Source: an uncultured Verrucomicrobiae bacterium (GTDB lineage: Bacteria; Verrucomicrobiota; Verrucomicrobiia; Chthoniobacterales; JAFAMB01). From it: 64,000 nucleotides of DNA. Under the pieces are notes generated by a model, which saw only the letters and a list, made by a program, of their open reading frames with translations, did not search any database and was not told the DNA's origin. Where the stretch lies: the NCBI GenBank assembly GCA_963813025.1, contig CAWEXO010000014.1:64001-128000 (forward strand). Direction: 5' to 3'. This document shows, piece after piece, positions 1 to 9,341 of this stretch. Each line of letters opens with the position of its first letter. Position 1 is the first letter of the stretch. The translations under genes and the position numbers were made by a program.

Positions 1-205
1 TTGGGTGGATATCGACACGAGCTTTGGCGGCGACTACGGACACGCCATAGGCTATTTCAGCAATTTGCAAACAGATCTGCTGCAGGAGTCCCTGGTGATA
101 AAGACGATCAATAACAAACGGTTTTACGATTTTTATGTCGACCTTTTGACCAGGCCTGTGCCGGTGCAGCCGTCACCGGCAGCATCGAACGATCTGGAGC
201 CGTGA
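1..205 (+). CDS. 3' end of an unidentified protein (runs off window start)
   Basis: Open frame from the window edge to TGA at 203-205, followed by repeat arrays; no recognisable motif. Confidence 0.5.
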   Translation, partial: WVDIDTSFGGDYGHAIGYFSNLQTDLLQESLVIKTINNKRFYDFYVDLLTRPVPVQPSPAASNDLEP

Positions 206-211
206 AAGGTC

Positions 212-268
212 GGTGCCGGTGCCGGTGCTAGTGCTAGTGCTAGTGCTAGTGCTAGTGCTAGTGCTAGT
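212..268. repeat. Hexamer tandem array (GGTGCC)n/(AGTGCT)n
   Basis: ggtgccggtgccggtgctagtgctagtgct...; same unit recurs at 4374-4389, 5514-5570, 5631-5688 (inverted) and 27492-27518. Confidence 0.95.
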
Positions 269-271
269 TGC

Positions 272-332
272 CATCGCTCATCGCTCATCGGTCATTGGCC
301 ATTCGCCAGTGGTAATCGGCCATCGGTCATCG
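272..332. repeat. Degenerate heptamer array (CATCGST-like)
   Basis: catcgct catcgct catcggt cattggc cattcgc cagtggt aatcggc catcggt catcg. Confidence 0.8.
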
Positions 333-389
333 AATTTGGACTAGGCGCGCGTCGGATATTCGTGCATATTCCGAGCATTCTCCCCTGTC

Positions 390-758
390 ATGCGGCCCTC
401 CCTGCGAGCGATTTTGATCGAGCCCGAGACCCGCTGGAGCGGGTTCCCTCCACAGTATTGGCTGAACTGTTTTGGGAGTGATCCGGAACAGATTGATCAG
501 GACGAGCTAGCCAGGGCGGAGTGGCTCTGGCAGCGCCGGCCAAAGCGTCTGCTTTTCAAAGATGCTCGCGTGCGAGTGTGGCGCATCTTGCTCCTCCTCG
601 CTTGCGTAATTGTGCTCTGCTGTTTCGACGTTGCGGGCATTTTGGCCGCCGCCGGGTTGAGCGTGATTGCCGCGATGTTGTTGACTGCGGACCTTTATCG
701 AAGTGTCTTCTGGAAACGTGATTACGACGCGGCGATCGCTCGGCTCCCGCGCAGATAA
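390..758 (+). CDS. Hypothetical membrane protein (two C-terminal hydrophobic helices)
   Basis: 122-aa ATG-started ORF with ILLLLACVIVLCC and ILAAAGLSVIAAMLL segments; abuts next gene. Confidence 0.6.
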   Translation: MRPSLRAILIEPETRWSGFPPQYWLNCFGSDPEQIDQDELARAEWLWQRRPKRLLFKDARVRVWRILLLLACVIVLCCFDVAGILAAAGLSVIAAMLLTADLYRSVFWKRDYDAAIARLPRR

Positions 759-759
759 C

Positions 760-1239
760 TTGCCCCTCGAGGAGTTCAACCGCCAGCGAATAGTCGGAGT
801 GGTGTCGGATACCCACGGCTTGATCCGCGAAACCGTGTTAGCTACGCTTCAAGATGTCGATCTAATCCTTCACGCCGGTGATATCGGGTCCGCCGATGTT
901 TTGGAAACCTTGCGTAGAGTGGCTCCGGTTATCGCGGTCAAAGGAAATATCGATCATCAATATCCTGGCCTGGCGGACGGGGAACTCATTCGCATCAATG
1001 GAGACTTGATTTATTTATGGCACGATCTGGGAACGCTCGACCTCAATCCGCTGGTAGCGGGCATTCGAATCGTGATCACCGGGCATTCGCACCAGCCTCA
1101 GTTGCGAGAGCAAGGTGGTGTGATCTATCTCAATCCAGGCAGCGTTGGTCCGCGCCGTTTCCGAAACCCGATCTCAATGGCCAAGCTCCGCTGGCCAGCG
1201 GGGATTGTAAAAGCTGAGTTGATCCAGCTTGGGGAGTAG
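760..1239 (+). CDS. YfcE/MJ0936-family metallophosphoesterase
   Basis: Motifs SDTHG, HAGD, KGNID, TGHSH, NPGS; probable TTG start at 760 just after the upstream stop. Confidence 0.9.
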   Translation: MPLEEFNRQRIVGVVSDTHGLIRETVLATLQDVDLILHAGDIGSADVLETLRRVAPVIAVKGNIDHQYPGLADGELIRINGDLIYLWHDLGTLDLNPLVAGIRIVITGHSHQPQLREQGGVIYLNPGSVGPRRFRNPISMAKLRWPAGIVKAELIQLGE

Positions 1240-1349
1240 CTAGTTCCCCAGAACTCTGCGCGTTCTTTTTGCGGCAAGAAACACTGGATTGATCGCCTTG
1301 GGCATCTCGACGTAGAAAGTAGGCAGCAGTGGGTCGGCAGTTAAGACCG

Positions 1350-1500
1350 GTGTGGCATTGGAGCTTTATGCCCGATAGCTAGTTTGGTTCCGAGCGTTTT
1401 GGTTGTTGCATTAGCGAAGCTCCAGATCGGGTTGTTTGCCGATCTGGAGCTATCCTGTTTAGGAGATTTCTCTGTATCTACCAACTCGGGCCGATGCGCT
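1350..1500 (+). ncRNA. Predicted IS110 bridge RNA (boundaries approximate)
   Basis: Structured ~300-bp non-coding left end; TAGCTAG (1376-1382) equals left target+core; TTAGGAG (1459-1465) equals element right end+core; AACT (1483-1486) is complementary to core+left end; 13-bp hairpin 1418-1451. Confidence 0.65.
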
Positions 1501-1938
1501 GCAGTGTGAAAGCAAGAACAACATCTAACCCAAGAGAGGTATGGCAAAGAAAACCACGACCAAGCGAAAGAACAAATCAAAAACTCACCGGAGTGTTCTG
1601 GAACGGATCAATCTCAAGGCCGCAGGAATCGATATCGGGGCGAATTTTCACCTGGTGGCCATTCCCGAAGACCGCGGCTCAGAAACGGTGCGCAAGTTTG
1701 GCCCTTTTACGAGCGATCTGCAGCGGATGGCTGACTGGCTGAGCGAACACCACATTGAGACCGTAGTGATGGAATCAACGGGGGTTTATTGGATACCGGT
1801 GTTCCAGATTCTGGAGCAGAGAGGGTTGGAGGTAAAATTGGTCAACGCAGCTCATGTCAAGAATCTGCCTGGACGCAAAAGCGACGTCTCGGACTGCCAA
1901 TGGCTTCAACAACTCCACACCTTTGGTCTTTTAAACGG

Positions 1939-3354
1939 GAGATATTGTCAAAAGTTGTGTATCGGGGATGGGCGCATCCTTGTTAAAATGACTGGTTAGG
2001 CAGCTTGTTGGGTTTGTTCTTCGCCATCGACGAATCGGACACCAGTAACTACCTTTGGAATCAGTTCGAAGCCCTGAAGCCGGCGCCAATGCTTTTGGGC
2101 TTCCAGGCCGAGTTTAAAGACCATGGTCAGTGTTGCGATCCGTGAACCGGAACCCTTGGTTCGATGGGTTCGCAGCCGGACGGTAGCGAAGGTCGATTCG
2201 ATGGGATTGGTGGTCCGTAAATGCGGCCAATGTTGCGCCGGAAAGTCGTAAAAGGTAAACAGGACTTCTTTATCTTTCTGCAGGCATTCGCAGGCTTTTG
2301 GGAATTTGATTTGGTAACTGGAGATGAACTGATCGTAGGCTGCCAGAGCTGCTTTGCCGGTCGGCGCCAGGTACATTTCATGGATCAGTTGCTTGGCTTT
2401 GCCCTGAACGCTTTTGGGCATTTTATCCAGGATGTTGGCTGTCTTATGCACCCAGCAACGTTGTTGGGCGATCTGGGCCATATTCTTCCTGCAGAGCGAT
2501 CCAGAAGCCGAGCGAACCATCACCGATGGCCAGTTTCGGCGCGCCGGACAGCCCCAGGCGTTTGAGCTGCCCAAGCAGTTCACGCCAGGATTGAGCGCTT
2601 TCGCGATACCCGTCGACAACAGCTAACAGTTCTTTGGTGCCATCTTCGGTGGCTCCGATCAAGACCAGCACACAGGTTCGCTCTTCGTCGAGCCGGACGT
2701 TGAAATAGACTCCGTCGGCCCACCAGTAAACGTAACGCTTCTGACTCAAGTCGCGCTGACTCCAGGCCTTGTAATCTGCTTTCCCAACCCGCTCTTGAGT
2801 CGGACGATATTGGTTGCTGAAAGCCCACTGGCTCCTTCGCCCAAAATCGCTGTCAACGCTTCGCTGAAATCTCCGGTCGAGATCCCTTTCAGGTAAAGGG
2901 CTGGAATCAGAGCATCGACGCTGGGAGCCCGACGCATATACTTGGGCAGAATCGCACTGGAAAATCGACCCTTGTCACGATGCCGGACCCGTGGCTGACG
3001 AACTCGGATCGGACCAACTCCACTGACGACCTCCCGCTCCGGCAGATGTCCATTGCGTACCACCAACCGCTGTCCATTCTCATCCCGTCGATCCTTGTGG
3101 AATCTGGATATAGTCGATCACCTCATTCTCGATCGCCGCCTGTAACAGCTTCCTGGCTCCTTCTTGCAGCAACTGCTCCAGGAATGGCTTTTCTTCATCT
3201 TTTGCTCGCTCATCAAGCGAGACCACTTTACTCTCTGGCACTGGTGCATCCTTTCTTTTTGGCGCCCTCGAGTGAGGCCGCCGTCGTTTCTTTTTCTTGT
3301 TGAAAGGATGCGCCTTTCTTTTATCTCCTCATACACAAATTTCGGTTATACCTC
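1939..3354 (-). mobile_element. IS256-family insertion sequence (1416 bp)
   Basis: Terminal IRs GAGATATTGTCAAAAGTTGTGTAT / GAGGTATAACCGAAATTTGTGTAT (18/24); 9-bp TSD TTTAAACGG at 1930-1938 and 3355-3363. Confidence 0.95.
1996..3241 (-). pseudogene. IS256 transposase, frameshifted in this sequence
   Basis: Fragments VVRNGHLPERE, LYLKGISTGDF, YWWADGVYFNVR, GDGSLGFW, QRCWVHK, RTTNPIESTF lie in different frames. Confidence 0.9.
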
Positions 3355-4389
3355 TTTAAACGGCTCGTTCCGACCCAAGGACGAGGTCTGCGTCTTGCGC
3401 AGCTTCCTGCGCCTGCGCGACACCTTGGTTAAGGACTGCAGCAGCCATGTGTTACGCATGCAGAAGGCCTTAACCGAAATGAATATCCAAGTGCACCGCG
3501 TGTTGAGCGACATCACCGGTTATAGTGGCATGGCGATGATTCGGGCGATTTTGGCCGGAGAACGCAATCCGCTCAAGCTTGCCCAGATGAAACACCCCCA
3601 AGTGAAAGCATCCACTGATCAGATCGTCAAAGCCTTACAGGGAGATTACCGAGCCGAGCATCTCTTCGCCTTGCAAACGGCCCTGGAACTCTATGACACC
3701 TACCAGCTCAAGATCACCGCCTGCGAAAGCAAGATTGAGCAACAACTTGAGCAATTCGACACTAAACTAGATTTGGAGCAAGCCCTCGAGCAAAGCGGGG
3801 CGGCCCAAGCACGGTCGGCCCAAGTTCGCCTAGCCCTGCAGCGCCGAGCGCATCTGGCCAGCGTTTGTGGTGTCGATCTGAGTCAGTTGCCTGGCTTGAG
3901 CACCTTGGCGGTGGAAGTCATCATTTCGGAAACGGGTTTAGACATGACCTGTTGGAAAAGCGAAAAACACTTTTGCTCCTGGCTTAAACTCTGTCCGGAC
4001 AATCGCATCAGCGGCGGCAAACTGCTCAGTTCCAGCCCCAGAAAAACCAAGAATCGCGCGGCGGCCATGTTCCGGCTGGCGGCCCAAGGAGCCATGCAAA
4101 GTAAGACGGCCATCGGCGCTTTTATCCGCCGCATCAAAGCCCGATTGGGGGCACCCACCGCCATCAACGCCGGAGCTCATAAACTGGCACGCTTGTTCTA
4201 TCGCATGCTCAAGTTCGGAGTTGCCTATGTCGAGCAAGGGCAACTCTACTACGAGAAAAAAATACAAAGACCGCCTACTTCACAATCTCAGCCGACGAGC
4301 CAAAGAATTCGGACTCCAACTCACGCCTCTAGACCCAGCCACGGATTTAGTTTCTTAGGAGCCGTTAGCTGGCGCCAGTGCTAGTGCTA

Positions 4390-5513
4390 GTGCCTAATTG
4401 CGTAAGTTAGTTATATGTATGGCGACTTTCCCCTGGTGTACCTGGGATTTGGTCCATTCGAAGGGAGCCGCATTGTTATTGTAGTTCTTGATGAAGGTGT
4501 CGATGGCGTTGCGCAGCTCTGCCACGCTGGTGAAGTTTGCCCCCTGGAGGGCTTGGCGGCTCAAGATACTAAACCAGATCTCAATCTGGTTGAGCCAAGA
4601 AGCGTGGGTTGGAGTGAAATGAAAATGCACATTGGGGTGAGCCTTCAACCAGCGATCTTGCTTTGGCTTATGGGTCGCAAGGTTGTCTAAGACCACATGA
4701 ATTTCTTTGTCGAGATTTCCGGCAACTACCTGGTTCATAAACTCCAGGAATTCCCGTCGGCGCTGGCGCCGGTAATGACCAGCCTGCACTTGGCCGCTGG
4801 CAATGTTGAGGGCGGCAAAGAGAGTGGAGGTGCCATGGCGCTTGTACTCGTGGCTAAAACCCGTCAGCGCCCTGCCATTGGGCAAGCGAATCCAACCTTG
4901 GGCTCTTTCCAGGGCTTGAATGGCTGGTTTTTCATCAATGGCCAAGATGAGCGCATTCTGGGGCGGATTGAGATAAAGACCGACAATGTCAGCGGCCTTG
5001 CGCACAAACTCCGGATCGGTGGAAATGCACCAGCTGCGGCGCCGTTCCAATTCAATGCCTTGTTGGCGCAAAATGCGCCAGACTTGATCGGAGGAAACAT
5101 CGGCCAGACTCTGCGCCAGCAGTCGCCCATTCCAGCGCCCGTAGCCCGCCGGTGGATCTTCATCCAGCAGCGCCAAGACCCGCTTGACCGTCATTTGATC
5201 ATACTTGGCCGGCTTTCCACTGCGTGGCGCGTCTTCCAAGCCAGCCAGGCCTTGGCGCACAAAGCGCCGCCGCCATTTACTCACCGTCACCTCGGGAATG
5301 CGCAGGCTCTTGGCAATCGCACGTCCACTCAAGCCCGCTGCCGCCTTCAAGATAATCTGACTCCTGACCTTGAGCCGGTGTTCGACCCGTTGCGCTCGAC
5401 TCCAACCCTCCAAGAGCTTGCGGTTTTCCACAGAAAGTTTGATGCGACCCGTTGCCATCCATCCAACAAATCATAATTTTTCATAAATATAAAGAACTAA
5501 AGCAACTAAGTAC
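4390..5513 (-). mobile_element. IS630-family insertion sequence (1124 bp)
   Basis: Terminal IRs about 20/27 identical (GTGCCTAATTGCGTAAGTT.. / GTACTTAGTTGCTTTAGTT..); duplicated TA at 4388-4389 and 5514-5515. Confidence 0.92.
4394..5458 (-). CDS. IS630 transposase (intact)
   Basis: N-terminal HTH; AIDEKP, YKRHGT, VLDNLATHK, SWLNQIEIWF motifs. Confidence 0.95.
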   Translation of the reverse strand: MATGRIKLSVENRKLLEGWSRAQRVEHRLKVRSQIILKAAAGLSGRAIAKSLRIPEVTVSKWRRRFVRQGLAGLEDAPRSGKPAKYDQMTVKRVLALLDEDPPAGYGRWNGRLLAQSLADVSSDQVWRILRQQGIELERRRSWCISTDPEFVRKAADIVGLYLNPPQNALILAIDEKPAIQALERAQGWIRLPNGRALTGFSHEYKRHGTSTLFAALNIASGQVQAGHYRRQRRREFLEFMNQVVAGNLDKEIHVVLDNLATHKPKQDRWLKAHPNVHFHFTPTHASWLNQIEIWFSILSRQALQGANFTSVAELRNAIDTFIKNYNNNAAPFEWTKSQVHQGKVAIHITNLRN

Positions 5514-5688
5514 TAGTGTCAGTGCCAGTGCTAGTGCTAGTGTCAGTGCCAGTGCTAGTGTTGGTGCTGGACTGTGCCGCGGCCAGCTCACTGCGTTTCA
5601 CGGCGCTCCTGTCGGAGCTGGCAGCGCCGCAACACTGGCACTAGCCTGACACTAGCACTGACACTAGCACTCACACTAACACTGGCAC
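5514..5688. repeat. Inverted pair of (AGTGYY)n hexamer arrays forming a long imperfect hairpin; left arm begins at ~4374 and is split by IS630
   Basis: agtgtc agtgcc agtgct... (5515-5570) versus acactggcactagc...gcact (5631-5688). Confidence 0.85.
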
Positions 5689-5958
5689 TTACCTTACCAG
5701 GAGCGCCAAGGTGACGATCAGCAGAAGGGCAACAAGCAGATACAGCGCGATGACCAGCGCGGCCTGACGGAGGTCATCCCACCCGTGAGGGTAGACCCGA
5801 AACCGGCCGATCGCTTCGCGTTCCTCGGCTCGCGCGCGTTCCAGCGCGTTCTTGGCCTGGCGGAAATCGATGATTTTGCCGGACCGAAACCGGATCGAAG
5901 GCGCATTGCGCGTCGGCCCGGGAAATCTGATGAATTTTCTGGGTTCGTCGGTCAACAT
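5689..5958 (-). CDS. Small hypothetical protein with C-terminal TM helix
   Basis: MLTDEPRKFIRFPG... ending AALVIALYLLVALLLIVTLALLVR; ATG at 5958 chosen as start. Confidence 0.6.
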   Translation of the reverse strand: MLTDEPRKFIRFPGPTRNAPSIRFRSGKIIDFRQAKNALERARAEEREAIGRFRVYPHGWDDLRQAALVIALYLLVALLLIVTLALLVR

Positions 5959-6278
5959 TTTTCTCTTTTCAAAGGTTTTCTGGCTGGCCGTTTCGGAGGA
6001 GGTCCGATCGTCTTGTGTCTGAGAGAAAGATCCGGCCGGCCTGCGGTCCAAAAATGTGAAACACAATCGCGTTTCTGGACGATGGCCGGCCCGCTCAGCC
6101 GAGCGAAACAGCGAGCAATCGATTCTGGTTATCCTGCGCTCAAGCGGGAAGCCAGTCAGCGAGCTGCTCAAAAAGAGCTACTTACAATCATTGGGAGGCC
6201 GTCCACTTGGATCGTGGTAAAAACGGCACGAAAGGCTGCATGGCTCACAAATTTCGGAGGATTTGTGAGCCATGGAGG

Positions 6279-6812
6279 CTAAGGTACTGTTCGCCAAGTG
6301 AACCCGCTGAGCAGGGTTTGGAGCGCCGCCCGATCCGCGGGGGTCAATTGACGCATCTTCATGACGATGGTGACCTCTGTCCCGCCATTGTCCGTTCCCA
6401 AGGAGAACACGACATTTTTCTCCTCCTCGGTGGTACCGCGGCCGCGCACAAAAACTAGACAGAAAGGCTGGCTGGGATTGGCCGGAGACAATTTGCCTTC
6501 CAAGGCCCAGCCGTCGGCCGCGGAGTGATTCGCGGCGGCCACCGCCGCAGTATCAAGCAGAGCGATCGGCTCACGGGTTGAATGGATCTTGATTTCAAAT
6601 GCGTCCGTGGGGGGACCAACCCGTCGAAGGATGATCAACTCAGTGCCGGCCGGAGCGGCATCACTTTGAGTTTCGATCGTCCAATCGGTCACCGCAACCA
6701 CGATCTGCAGAAGACCGTTCGCGGTGGTAATCGTGGACCCGCGGTTCACCGGGTTCTGTCCATCCGCTGTTAGCGCGGCCAAACCGAGAACAAGCAGGCA
6801 AGACAGTCTCAC
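6279..6812 (-). CDS. Hypothetical exported protein
   Basis: Signal-peptide-like start RLSCLLVLGLAALTADG from GTG at 6812. Confidence 0.6.
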   Translation of the reverse strand: MRLSCLLVLGLAALTADGQNPVNRGSTITTANGLLQIVVAVTDWTIETQSDAAPAGTELIILRRVGPPTDAFEIKIHSTREPIALLDTAAVAAANHSAADGWALEGKLSPANPSQPFCLVFVRGRGTTEEEKNVVFSLGTDNGGTEVTIVMKMRQLTPADRAALQTLLSGFTWRTVP

Positions 6813-6940
6813 GCGGTACCCACCAGGATGGCATGGCAAAGCGGTCCGGACAAGAGGAGGCGTAATCCCAAAGGGTAATTGTCCCCGAATCGGCCAGATG
6901 TTAACAGGGGATCTTATTGACGGGGAATCTAAAAAATCCG

Positions 6941-7558
6941 ATGAAAAATGTGGCGAAATTACTTCAAGATGGCTGGACGCGCCGGCACTTCGCGGCCGCT
7001 CTGGCCAAAGGTCCGGGCGGGTTGGCGTGCCTTTTCGCCGCCGCTCTGTTGATCGTGTATTTCATCTGGGAACTGGCTTCAGTCGGGCACATCCGCCATC
7101 GGGTCCTGGCGCTTCTCCCTTATTTCGTCCTGTGCTGTATTGCGTTTCTCTTGATCGACGCGTTCCGCCTGGTTCGTCACAACGGATTAGAGCTGTTCCG
7201 CCGAGTCGCTCGTGACAACCAGGAGCAGCTCCGGCGTGTCGGTGTCGAGTTCCTGCCACTTTCTGACTTCCTTCGCGCACCCTGCCATCAGCCGCGGGGC
7301 CGAGTTGACGAACTTCGTCTCGTGGTGGAAGCGCTGGATCGGCTCACCGGAACGGCGCTGCGCTACGGCAATTCTGGCCGGAGCGTCTTTGAAAAAAATC
7401 TCGAACCGATCTCCATAGCGCTTTGCCTCTGGCGAGCGCTGCCGGAAGAGACCAATCGATCTTTCCTCAACCGGAGTCTCGCTTGCTGGTTACGGGAAGT
7501 GCCTGATTACGATCCGGAGGGTTGGTCCGGCGTGTCGAAACCGCGTCAGCTGGCTTGA
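6941..7558 (+). CDS. Hypothetical membrane protein (two N-terminal TM helices)
   Basis: ATG 6941; hydrophobic LACLFAAALLIVYFIW and LLPYFVLCCIAFLLI. Confidence 0.6.
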   Translation: MKNVAKLLQDGWTRRHFAAALAKGPGGLACLFAAALLIVYFIWELASVGHIRHRVLALLPYFVLCCIAFLLIDAFRLVRHNGLELFRRVARDNQEQLRRVGVEFLPLSDFLRAPCHQPRGRVDELRLVVEALDRLTGTALRYGNSGRSVFEKNLEPISIALCLWRALPEETNRSFLNRSLACWLREVPDYDPEGWSGVSKPRQLA

Positions 7559-7591
7559 CCTTGCGTGGACGAGTGAGATGTTTCGCGGCAA

Positions 7592-8797
7592 GTGGGAGTA
7601 ACGACTGGCTCAGAAGAGTTTATCGCACAAGGAATCTTTGGTCTGGTTCCTTTCTGGTACGAAGCCGATTGCGGACCGTACGAATATCACTTGGAGGTCG
7701 GTTTGCGGCGTTTTCCGTTTTGCACCCATCGCGCCCTGTCACAGGAATGGCACGCGCTCCTGGATGAAGCAAACTCCAGCGCTCACTCCTTCCTCAGGTT
7801 GGCAAAGACGCTCAAGAGCCTTCACCTGGTTGAGCATATGCAGGACAGCTTCGCGGTTTTCTGGATGAACCGCAAATTTCCCTGGGTGGACTGGAAATCG
7901 CTGATCCAATATCTGAGTGCCGCAGCGCGACGTTCTTACGAGAACAGGCCGGTCTCCGCCAACTTCATCATTTCGCGCAAAGCCGAAGGGCGGCTGAGCA
8001 TCCTTGATCCCTGCCTCAATAAATTTCTCGATCCGCTCACGAGTTCTCCGGACCTCTTCCTCGGGCTGGATGGATCGCTGGCTTTAGTTGATCTGGATCA
8101 GCTCGCCTGGACCGACCGAAAAAGCGAACCGACCTACAAGTATCACTCGGAATATCTCGGCAATTTCTGGACACATCTCGACGACGACGAGGTGTCGGTT
8201 CACCTGAGCCCACAAGGGGATTTCTATTTCATGTCGCGAGCCGGACTGCTCGCCTCCCGGCGGAAGGCGCGCTGGTGTTTACATGACGCAAAATCTCTGA
8301 GGGAAGCTTTTATTGAGATTTTCAAGGATGAATGGATCGGCACTAATCTTATGAGCATCGCCTACAGCCTGAGTTGGGAGCGCCGCGGGGCTGTGTTGAT
8401 TTTTGATCCGCAGCAGACGGTAATCGAAAATCTTTTGAACCCGGAAAGCCGCTTTGGCGGCGCGAGCGACATTGCGCGCAGCCTGATTGAACCAGCCGTG
8501 AGCAAGATTCGCTTAACTGAGCCACTTACCGTCGACCGCAGGCTACTCCTGACGGGAACTGCGGGTATGGACGGCGCGGTAATCTTTTCCAGTGACCGAA
8601 TCCTGGCGGTAGGCGCGATGATCCGGCCGCATCCAGAGGCTGGACGGTTCGTGGGGGCCCGGACCACGGCGACCTTCTCGGCCTACCTGTACGGCGGCAC
8701 ACCTGTCCAGGTCAGTTCGGATGGCGATCTGACATTACATTTTCATAGCGAAGCAAACCATGACAAGGTCTGCGACGCGCAGATGAGCTTTCTCTAG
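7592..8797 (+). CDS. Protein with C-terminal DisA_N/diadenylate cyclase-like domain
   Basis: RRGAVLIF...AGMDGAVIF...GARTTATFSA...VQVSSDGDL matches the DAC pattern (DGA, GxRHxxA, VSxDG). Confidence 0.75.
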   Translation: MGVTTGSEEFIAQGIFGLVPFWYEADCGPYEYHLEVGLRRFPFCTHRALSQEWHALLDEANSSAHSFLRLAKTLKSLHLVEHMQDSFAVFWMNRKFPWVDWKSLIQYLSAAARRSYENRPVSANFIISRKAEGRLSILDPCLNKFLDPLTSSPDLFLGLDGSLALVDLDQLAWTDRKSEPTYKYHSEYLGNFWTHLDDDEVSVHLSPQGDFYFMSRAGLLASRRKARWCLHDAKSLREAFIEIFKDEWIGTNLMSIAYSLSWERRGAVLIFDPQQTVIENLLNPESRFGGASDIARSLIEPAVSKIRLTEPLTVDRRLLLTGTAGMDGAVIFSSDRILAVGAMIRPHPEAGRFVGARTTATFSAYLYGGTPVQVSSDGDLTLHFHSEANHDKVCDAQMSFL

Positions 8798-8818
8798 CCT
8801 GCCTCGCCCCCCAAGTAT

Positions 8819-9292
8819 TTAGAGATTTGGGGGCGAGGCGGGCTGCGGCAGCGGCAAAAGCGGCGCAGTCTCCGGCTTCCAAGGATTGGTCTGGTACCGG
8901 TTTTCGACGAGTTGCTGGCCGTAGTCTCGACAAAGCTGGATCGCGTCAGCTACTTTGAAGCCCAGGTACCCGGGACTGAACGGCGTCAAGTTTTGCTCGG
9001 CCGCCAGGAAGAGGCGATAAGCCGGTCGCAATCGGCGGCCGTGGGTGGCATGTTCCGGGTGCTGGTACTGTTTCTTCAGATGCACGAATGCTCCGGCAAG
9101 CTGGATCAAACCCTTGAAAAACTGGTAAGATTGGTCCGAGGTTTTCAGCCAAAGGTGTTCCAGCACGTCATGCGCTTCATAGTATTTCTGGTCATTGAAG
9201 AGGGAGAAATAACCGAGGAAAAATCCGGCGTGAGATGTCTCGCCCAGAGCCAGCCCACGCACGAGCGATTCGATTCGGTCGGCCTTTTTCAT
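8819..9292 (-). CDS. DUF309 family protein
   Basis: LFNDQKYYEAHDVLEHLW...KGLIQLAGAFVH. Confidence 0.85.
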   Translation of the reverse strand: MKKADRIESLVRGLALGETSHAGFFLGYFSLFNDQKYYEAHDVLEHLWLKTSDQSYQFFKGLIQLAGAFVHLKKQYQHPEHATHGRRLRPAYRLFLAAEQNLTPFSPGYLGFKVADAIQLCRDYGQQLVENRYQTNPWKPETAPLLPLPQPASPPNL

Positions 9293-9341
9293 CTGGTATC
9301 AACATCGTCCTTAGCTGGTGCTCTGCGCAAGAGATGTGAGC

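Larger units (their letters stand above)
1541..4358 (+). pseudogene. IS110 DEDD recombinase split by IS256 (1541-1938 + 3364-4358), plus a +1 frameshift in the A-run near 4256-4262
   Basis: GIDIG, VMESTG, KSDVSD (DEDD) and NRISGG (Tnp serine); removing IS256 and one TSD restores HTFGLLNGSFRPKDE; removing one A gives YEKKYKDRLLHNLSRRAKEFGLQL...VS-stop. Confidence 0.9.
1244..4361 (+). mobile_element. IS110-family element (bridge recombinase), interrupted by IS256; AG core at 1242-1243 and 4360-4361
   Basis: Transposase motifs; ends TTCCCCAGAAC... and ...AGTTTCTTAGGAG are delimited independently by the 122-bp mini-element at 40508-40753; no terminal IR or TSD, as expected for IS110. Confidence 0.9.

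Noticed and set aside
3164..4384. 406-aa ORF as an intact IS110 transposase
   Set aside because: Its first ~64 codons are antisense IS256 sequence, it lacks the DEDD domain, and its tail is frameshifted
4697..5476. Long antisense ORFs (also 16479-17321, 34657-35307, 51470-52357, 57799-58452)
   Set aside because: Shadow frames opposite well-supported genes in GC-rich DNA
5452..5649. ORF with SASASA repeats (also the 27486/27493 N-termini)
   Set aside because: Translation of hexamer arrays, not credible coding sequence
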